From Parcubacteria group bacterium (GTDB taxonomy: Bacteria; Patescibacteriota; Patescibacteriia; UBA1558; GWA2-36-10): a stretch of 64,000 nt of DNA. Position numbers and translations under genes: made by a program. Of the stretch, positions 58,801 through 64,000 are shown one piece after another (position 1 is the first letter of the stretch; each line of letters opens with the position of its first letter). The notes below the pieces were generated by a model. The model made no database searches. It was not told where the DNA came from and saw nothing but the letters and a program-made list of their open reading frames with translations. The DNA is taken from assembly GCA_003104935.1 (NCBI GenBank), contig PQAE01000010.1:13768-77767 (forward strand), in the 5' to 3' direction.

Positions 58801-61800
58801 GGCTGAGCCATTGCCCGCACCAACCTGTGTTCCCTCCACATGCACGGCCAAGGTCTCATTGCCGTTAAAGGTGGAACCGGCCGACGGGCCGGCTAAAACA
58901 GTATCATTATTAGCGGCGCCAGTAATAGCCAGATTAGCCGGATTGCTGGAGGTCCAGGCAATCGTATCAATAAAAGCCGGATCAAGCTCTGTGCCACTGA
59001 CATCATAAGGCGTAACCTTATACTGGTGCTGATTTCCGGCAGTAGCAATATCTATATCTCCCGGACAATCATTGAAAGAGCAGGTAAATCTGTCAGTACT
59101 GGGTTCAACCAAAGTAAAACTGATCTGACAAATATTGCTACCGGTTTTAAAATTCCAGCCATAGCCGTCAATCGGACCGCCGTCAAGATTGATTTGTGGC
59201 AAGGCTCCCAGCCGGAAAATACCGCCCAGTTCTTTGCTCCGGATTGTACCCTTTACCAACACGGCATAATTTGTATCACCCCTCATCATGTTGTTGGGAT
59301 GAAAAGTCACCTTGCTATCCAAATCCTGGTGCGGTGCTTCCATTGCCATCAAAGGCGGCAGATCCAAATCTTGCACACTAAATGTTCCCGGAAATTCACA
59401 CCACCATTTTCCGGGAGTAACCAGATTATCCGGTATGCAACCAGCCGCGAAATTATCGGCCTGTTCATAAACTACCGTGGAGTTCCGGACACTGTCCGCT
59501 GTGACCGGCGAAGAAAATTCTATTGTCACCGCGGCATTCATGCAGGCGCCCGGTCCGATCGGAGGGCTGAATCTCTGGATGGAAAAATCAAAACTGCCGG
59601 GTAAAGCCACCTCAAAGTCGCTTTCAGCAGAACGATTTAAAGCATTTTGGGTAATAATACCCCTTACTTTGGTTCGGCCGACACCAGTAGATTTTACTGG
59701 ATTGACATCCAAATTAACATTAGGAACAAAAACTACTGCCACATTATCAGATTGCCAACTATAACTACAGTTCGTACAGTGGATCTGCTGGATACCGCAA
59801 TTCAAGTTTTGATTATTTGTCGCTATTAATGAGTAGGGTACGTCTTCCATTAACATCGTGGATAGATAACTAGCCGGTGAAATCATCGCTCCCGTAACCG
59901 AGCAAGCAGGCGGCTGAGCGATAGTAAATTCCCAAGATTTGTCTGCTCCCAATTGAGCGCCATCTTCGCTTGATACGATTCCACTCACTGTGGCTTTGTA
60001 ACGGTGCCCCAAAACGATTTTGCCGGGGAAGGGAAATATAAGTACGTGCTCATCCCCCATGGTGGTCGCAGTAATGTTTGGTCCTGGAACAGTTAAATCT
60101 TCTAACTTAAATCTTACTTGATTATCTGGCCAAATTGTATCGGTAAACAACAACCGCTGATTAAACTGCACATAAATATCCGCATTTGAGCAGGCCCCGT
60201 CGCATTGCGGACCAAAACCAAGTATTTGCAAAGGTTTGACAGTAATCTTGCATTGTTTAGTACCGGCCAGGGGCACAAAAGTATTATTCTGGTCAGAAGC
60301 GGTAACTTTTATTTCTAGATTATTCGGATCAGTTTTACTCCCTCCGGTCAACACACTGGATCCTCTTGGGGTGAAGTTATTATTGGCCGGCAGGACAGTG
60401 TTTGCGGGCGGGTTTAGCGAAGGATCAATAGTCTTAACCCAAGTCCAATTATAATTACCACCGCAGATATTACAACTGTCATCGGTCAGCCAGGCGCTAA
60501 GATTTGTAGTCCGGCCTTTAAGGGTAGTACAGTTATTCGGACCCATATATACTTGCGTCGGCACACAGGCATCGCTAGCAACTCGGGTCTTAAAATGCCA
60601 GGCTGGAGCTGGTTCTCCCGGCGGGTTTGGCCAGACGTCGCCACCCACTGCGGCGTGGAACTTATTGCCGCCGCCCAGATCCACCCGATACCAAGTATCC
60701 GGCTCTAAACCGGGATTGGGGCTAAACGCCATACCTTCTTCGTCAGTATTGTTATTCACTATGTCCGCGGGGTCAAAGGGATCGTGAGGTACGGAGCCGC
60801 CGGCACAAGCGGCATTATCAAAAGGATTATGAGCCGCGCCGCCCCCGGGATTACATTTTATGACTTGAAAATTATTTTCATCAAGGAGATCAATATCGGC
60901 CACATCTCTGGTAAAATGAATCACCACCTTTGTACCCACATAAGAATCTAAAGAACTGTAACCGGATTCACCGTCCGGCCAGGGCGTGGGCGTCTGATAG
61001 GACAAGCCCGGCTCACCACAATAATTATACCTCAGACGAAACGGCTCAGGTTCGGTGCGGAAAGTCCAGGGATACTCGCATTGATTAGGCACGGGTTGAC
61101 AACTATTAGCGCAATATTTCCCGGCATTACCCTCACAGCAATGGTCTAAGCCGGCATTTTGTACGCACCACTGATCATTGGGGCAATCACCTACTCTGAA
61201 ATTAATCGGGTTGCTTTCCTTATTAGTACTGTTATTGACCACCACCGTAGCGCCAGTCTGCGCTCCCAGGGGCACTTTGGCCTCGCCGATCTGCTGTCCG
61301 TTCCACCAGGAAAATGGAGGGACCGCTAATTTGTTTTCATAAAATTTAACTGACGGCTGGATATTGCCGAAATTATCGCCGTAAAAATTTACTTCCGTAT
61401 TGATCGGTCCGTTATCCGGGACTATGGCACACAATCCGGGAATCAGCGCATTAGCATTATTAACGGTAAAGTTATAGGGCTGGCTAACGGCGTTATCCGG
61501 AGCCCTGATCACCCGCACTTGCTGTAGATTATTGACGCCGGCGGGAATCTTGACGATGATGCGGTCGCTACGCCAGATACTATCTCGGCATTGGGGCGGA
61601 AATGTAAAATCTCCATTTACGGCGTTAAAGGTCACCCGGCCCTGTTGATTGCCAAAACGCGCACCCATAATGGTCACATACTGGCCCGGCGGCGGATCAT
61701 CGTCCGGTAGGATACTGTTAATTACCGGTAATCCCCCGCCAACCGTCTGCACAGTAAAGGGCAGTGAGTTGCTTTTTTCATTACTGCCGTTGTCTTTTAC

Positions 61801-63426
61801 CTGCATAGCGACCGTGCCACCTTGCAAGTTGGGCACATCCGTAGTGGCATCGATAGCATTGACTACATTATTATTATCACCGCTAATCCCGCCAAATAAG
61901 ATATCATCTCCCGGAGGACCAGGATTAAAATTATTTCCGGAAAGACTTACAGCCGTGCCAAATAATCCGGTGAGCGGATCTACTTTGCACAAACCTGGCC
62001 TGATAATTCCATCTTCATTAAAAGGTACGGCATTGCTGTCAACATTAGCCGCTGTTGTCAAATTAACCTGGCCGTCGGCTGTCCCTACTGGAACTTTGAC
62101 TATTATGTAATTATCATGCCAATAGTCATTGACACATTGGGGATGATTCGGAATGCCGGCCAAAATAGGATTGCCATCACCGTCAGAAAAATAAACACTT
62201 CCGAGGGCAATGCCAAAGTTTGAACCATAGATAGTTATCATGTTGCCGACCGTGCCTTTATCAGGGTCCAAACTATCTATGTGCGGACCAGTAGAACTGG
62301 TAGCGCACACAGCCGCCGCTCGGCAAGAATTGGAGACACAGCAACCGCTGTCGCAGTCGCCTGGATCGGCGCAAGTCACCGTAAAATATTCCGCATTACT
62401 GTCTACACCATTGGCTTTAACTTTTACAAAACCGGAAATAGCGTCATTTTTCAAATCAAAAACAATCTGACTGTCGCTCCAGGAAGTAATATTGGGATCA
62501 CCCACAGTGGTCGGGGTTATATCCATCAAAATCTGATCACCGGCCGCGCCGCCTAACCGGACGCCGTCTATAGTAACGCCGACAGTATTGCGCGGTCCCG
62601 AGTTGGGAGTAATATCACAAATTCCCGGTCCGGGAACAGAGTTATCAATATGGAAATTTGGACCAAGATCCGGCCACTCGTCTAATCTATTTAGGGCGAT
62701 ATTGCCTACTCTGATATTATAATCTCCCGGCACTGGCTGACCTGCGGCGGTAACATCAGGAACCTGCACCACGACCTTCCACTTGTTTCCATTGGGACCC
62801 CAGCTGGGAGCATTATTGGTGCACATCACTATCTCTGCCCGAACAGGCGGTAACACGCCGCTAAAAAATTCTACGTAACTATTGGCCACATCATAAATGC
62901 CAAAATTCCAACCGGTGATCGTCACCCAGGTGCCGGCGCCGCCACTGGTCGGTCCGACTGTACAAATCAATAAATCATTAGCATTAGCTGGTTCAGGACA
63001 AGGATCCGACCCTGATCCACCTGGTCCACCTGGACCTCCGCCCCCGACATTTATCCCATTATACAAACTCTGCACCACAAAGCGGGATATCGCGTAGGCC
63101 GAAAGAATGATGGCCAGACCGATTACTGCCGAAATAATTATAAGCTTAGCTTTTTGGATTTTATCCGGCGCTCCTTTGGAAGTCATCCAGATAAAACCGC
63201 CGTACAAAATGATGATTACCGCCACCACCCCTAAAAAGCCCAAGGCAACATTGATCAGTCCGGCGACCGAAGTGACCAAGTCCCGGTTTCCCAGTCGCAC
63301 CCCCTGCTGGACTAGATCATTGACGCCGTAGTATGTATCGGCGTTGTTGGCCGCCAGAGCTACCCGGCCAAAGATGAACTGGCCGAGGACTAGAAGCGGA
63401 CTGAAAAATGTTAAAAAGTATTTCAT
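52831..63426 (-). CDS. Giant (~3,531 aa) pilin-anchored multidomain surface protein/adhesin
   Basis: Signal peptide; VirB2/T4SS-pilin-like hairpin; IPT/TIG repeats; Ig-like (Big_5) domains; FN3; PsbP-like; GspG-like; many CGxG...GExCD Cys-rich repeats; carbohydrate-binding-like and VWA-like C-terminal regions; start moved to MKYFLTFF. Confidence 0.8.
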   Translation of the reverse strand: MKYFLTFFSPLLVLGQFIFGRVALAANNADTYYGVNDLVQQGVRLGNRDLVTSVAGLINVALGFLGVVAVIIILYGGFIWMTSKGAPDKIQKAKLIIISAVIGLAIILSAYAISRFVVQSLYNGINVGGGGPGGPGGSGSDPCPEPANANDLLICTVGPTSGGAGTWVTITGWNFGIYDVANSYVEFFSGVLPPVRAEIVMCTNNAPSWGPNGNKWKVVVQVPDVTAAGQPVPGDYNIRVGNIALNRLDEWPDLGPNFHIDNSVPGPGICDITPNSGPRNTVGVTIDGVRLGGAAGDQILMDITPTTVGDPNITSWSDSQIVFDLKNDAISGFVKVKANGVDSNAEYFTVTCADPGDCDSGCCVSNSCRAAAVCATSSTGPHIDSLDPDKGTVGNMITIYGSNFGIALGSVYFSDGDGNPILAGIPNHPQCVNDYWHDNYIIVKVPVGTADGQVNLTTAANVDSNAVPFNEDGIIRPGLCKVDPLTGLFGTAVSLSGNNFNPGPPGDDILFGGISGDNNNVVNAIDATTDVPNLQGGTVAMQVKDNGSNEKSNSLPFTVQTVGGGLPVINSILPDDDPPPGQYVTIMGARFGNQQGRVTFNAVNGDFTFPPQCRDSIWRSDRIIVKIPAGVNNLQQVRVIRAPDNAVSQPYNFTVNNANALIPGLCAIVPDNGPINTEVNFYGDNFGNIQPSVKFYENKLAVPPFSWWNGQQIGEAKVPLGAQTGATVVVNNSTNKESNPINFRVGDCPNDQWCVQNAGLDHCCEGNAGKYCANSCQPVPNQCEYPWTFRTEPEPFRLRYNYCGEPGLSYQTPTPWPDGESGYSSLDSYVGTKVVIHFTRDVADIDLLDENNFQVIKCNPGGGAAHNPFDNAACAGGSVPHDPFDPADIVNNNTDEEGMAFSPNPGLEPDTWYRVDLGGGNKFHAAVGGDVWPNPPGEPAPAWHFKTRVASDACVPTQVYMGPNNCTTLKGRTTNLSAWLTDDSCNICGGNYNWTWVKTIDPSLNPPANTVLPANNNFTPRGSSVLTGGSKTDPNNLEIKVTASDQNNTFVPLAGTKQCKITVKPLQILGFGPQCDGACSNADIYVQFNQRLLFTDTIWPDNQVRFKLEDLTVPGPNITATTMGDEHVLIFPFPGKIVLGHRYKATVSGIVSSEDGAQLGADKSWEFTIAQPPACSVTGAMISPASYLSTMLMEDVPYSLIATNNQNLNCGIQQIHCTNCSYSWQSDNVAVVFVPNVNLDVNPVKSTGVGRTKVRGIITQNALNRSAESDFEVALPGSFDFSIQRFSPPIGPGACMNAAVTIEFSSPVTADSVRNSTVVYEQADNFAAGCIPDNLVTPGKWWCEFPGTFSVQDLDLPPLMAMEAPHQDLDSKVTFHPNNMMRGDTNYAVLVKGTIRSKELGGIFRLGALPQINLDGGPIDGYGWNFKTGSNICQISFTLVEPSTDRFTCSFNDCPGDIDIATAGNQHQYKVTPYDVSGTELDPAFIDTIAWTSSNPANLAITGAANNDTVLAGPSAGSTFNGNETLAVHVEGTQVGAGNGSARINMFMCARPWPVPVGPTWTPWQDGLAATDYHFETFYCMAQTATSPVLPELPYFWSFRRQPPNTSDPNILQENIFFVDPPATALNNQNAAPLALGTLARNTGDQSQQTSWWKKISSLFRPERVEGAAGPGPAPTNFAYSLVGTGPSAQLKLTWNGVSTLGYVVQRKLPTDLNWTDRANLGPGVFEFIDVDPNGIHTGDTYNYRVGAAYPTQYVFTGIITVSNFNTNLTTQDIIGIRVMTNPTQMSITDWYNRIAPNSGNAGAVTEVDGYEALTIGGTTYIAGTNVLNAGVGDLYTNIYVIAHNIGARQATIDIYNQLIDNIRFNTNLTQNNNNICSLDNSVNCTEDSECLINEGRDYVGPCQSQGLKLRRDMKRLGHMLEIQNLMVDYGRNNKICNDPTAQSCLQDSDCQGACVNSYPTLSSGSYVRGISNSSWPLSWDGTLEEALGTSLPQDPINKFAGCANPPDAKYDPNTCWNEINQKFKCSDNTPLYTYNYFYKNLLSTDYRIADNFEYDVLQPGFWAGNLILVSGQRGVENIEDPYGAKHLVSRLTPGFCGFMGHFGEPPTNSCGNHIMDPGEQCDGNYTEFACDTALGNQNWWNEHRIGCYPPGYRDSNGNLLQCRWFVPDPPLDAAACGGYCGDNTIQPNYERCEGNNFNNVYYSCPNNGAVACTGCQAVCPASGNILASACGDGHWDQGVEECDYSGNPDGLVNMSCTAGGVISCNAQCQRTCDVGMPSNFVCMNNLWEQAAGEPCDPTDWTPLPPAQSPITHPYTCSNVCTTTGQPYCGDGVQQSGFGENCDGVYTPPSPAQSSDSRQYECHSCQTNIAGGHCQDGILQPAYETCEPALYISPPPIVSREAKQYKCSNACLPNTGGWCGDGTTQNLNNEQCDPNGSDFQGWVCTDGQPILCNNDCTRRCNPPGLPTNAVCGNGIPEPGEDCDWASYPALVAPKDSSLAHQYKCKNIAPNACTFIEGYCGDNIINDGQALPGHGSDHGEICESGTYVAPAPKDSDANHRYQCGTAPNANACQPTSGGYCGSGQPPDAAFGETCDPNGFVAPAPAQAMDATHQYGCVAAPNADACKQVIGGWCGDNTVNGAQEECDNAAGLAGWSCPSGAPISCAVCVRDCPGAEIPVNVVCNNGILEAGEDCEPPANPRPGVTPQNSTIANQYVCGALATPTACKWENKYCGNSVAEMGYGEECDPNGYVGPTPQVSTIAFQYACGAVTTALACKDTGGYCGDNIKNGTEYCDGTSWVRTPATAINNANQYECSTAAADKCTVSIGGWCGDGIVQAIHNEQCDGTADCSPTCTYTCVADVNNYPSGVVSTANVTFGNYWYQNFDFNIDNNSAYFTPGWTNVIHGNVIPGINVIYNAAQGWGFDPAVNPDTFGIGGRTRTVGTTMTRDYLRRGGALGAGDPRGYPIFKIKVPANGAYGVTVYRGDTEDVTTFPTKMDVEESGITIGTVNAQVGLNVTKSTEMIANVNDGFLDLRLDTDPYCPLRNCNWGINGLEVRQIVPNTGNYVSLNNGQNSTINLPQCRVSGDVVTNAWIDSGSAGTTFAIIAVANSIQGQTCVADGNVGVGDVWNPPFANDCTQTNLNNPLISSDDHYGRPNDKTMIQAMQFSLSTILLNMHNADPTMDVAMIHYGAGDPTMGGACTWGCGVLGSDFSIVNDNLYYSFSQYLNIGAAIAPMVGWANNYHGAYINDPATGDYSDPSDMLSYAKVLFTQANPLYDNLMLVVLDSGKKLPGLDNTYIGEWNSGIEPAKIDDLKAMGVKVVTLDFYHFGTTGGNIWTRYEGVLNAVSSNNCVCGADTNFCYTPAGTCGNGVVDCGAQQGVKTAPLYWTPNPAWLDQPLNTEECDGQPGCGANCKWIDRSKARKFSVREDSSVATGWLLAPPVGVFSSASNLTSVEVNSGSGWTSISLPAVMPGWTNNIHLDTRSLYTGGMCDAVDPPNNLPFSVRFNAGASPNASILFNQGTVGGTYNYCHW

Positions 63427-63436
63427 TTTATTTTTA

Positions 63437-64000
63437 TTATGAACCTTGGCAAAAATTTCCGGCGCAGGGCCCGTCATCGCAACGACAACTGGCGTCGGCC
63501 GCTTGGCATATACAAGGAAACCAACAATTTTGCAGATTATCTTTGATGCCGGCCGTCATCAGCGGATGATAGTCGGTTAGTGGCTTAAAACGGTCATGGT
63601 GGATTAATACTGTCTTGCCGTCAGTATCCAGGCTTGTCCAAAAATTTAATGGTACTGCCGGATCCTCAACCAAATCAATATTAGGACTCTTGATTGAGCT
63701 GGATAATAAATTTTTACTAAACTCCACTTTTACTGCCTCCGTCAAAGAAGCGCCATTAGTCGGGTCCATCTTGGACACAACCGGGGCATTTAGGTCTACA
63801 GAATTAGTGGTATTAAACAACCATTCATAGTTATCGCCCGGGGTGCCGTCATCGTTGCCGTCCAGTTTATTGCCGGCCATGTCCCGAATCACCGCCCCTT
63901 TAACCGTACCGTCAATCTGCTGAGACTGAGGCAGGCAAAAGACATCGCCGCCGCAGGAGTTTTGTCCGCAAAGCAGATCGGTGATAAATTCTACGGTCCG
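63437..64000 (-). CDS. Ig-like (Big_5/SbsA-type) domain surface protein (partial; 5' end off the right edge)
   Basis: Frame open to position 64000 (RTVEFITDLLCGQNSCGGDVFCLP...IRDMAGNKLDG...YEWLFNT...APVVSKMDP). Confidence 0.75.
   Translation of the reverse strand, partial: RTVEFITDLLCGQNSCGGDVFCLPQSQQIDGTVKGAVIRDMAGNKLDGNDDGTPGDNYEWLFNTTNSVDLNAPVVSKMDPTNGASLTEAVKVEFSKNLLSSSIKSPNIDLVEDPAVPLNFWTSLDTDGKTVLIHHDRFKPLTDYHPLMTAGIKDNLQNCWFPCICQAADASCRCDDGPCAGNFCQGS

Noticed and set aside
63427-63477. ORF-track N-terminal extensions of the giant gene (also rplN to 24450, rpsG to 37019, and 52843)
   Set aside because: They overlap upstream genes; downstream ATGs give canonical N-termini or signal peptides

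Overview
Bacterial chromosomal window, almost all coded on the - strand, with the hallmarks of a Patescibacteria/CPR (Parcubacteria-like) genome: no rpmD (L30) between rpsE and rplO, mostly SD-less AT-rich starts, a DUF5667/ECF sigma pair and T4SS-pilin-like giant surface proteins. The taxon is inferred. From right to left: a surface-protein cluster with a ~3,530-aa pilin-anchored adhesin, ybeY-dgkA, ftsA-ftsZ-nrdR-prfB, split comEC, a receiver-only response regulator, ndk, rpmB, the str/S10/spc ribosomal cluster to secY, adk-map-ruvX-wecA, a catalytically degenerate HtrA, an ECF sigma with a putative anti-sigma, an S-layer-like protein and two O-antigen-ligase/TPR paralogs. The most interesting signals are intergenic. 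(1) Two tandem paralogous ~230-nt transcription units (40635-41177) each have a promoter, a covarying 5' hairpin, an SD-like motif, a 9-10 codon MN... micro-ORF and a terminator. (2) In an accessory islet that splits fusA from tuf, a 72-nt three-way-junction RNA with its own promoter converges on a BECR/LPD3-like nuclease gene. (3) There is a compact 6S RNA, another orphan hairpin sRNA, and nested REP-like palindromes. No tRNA, rRNA, CRISPR array or transposase was recognised. All family calls come from reading motifs by eye; no database search was run.
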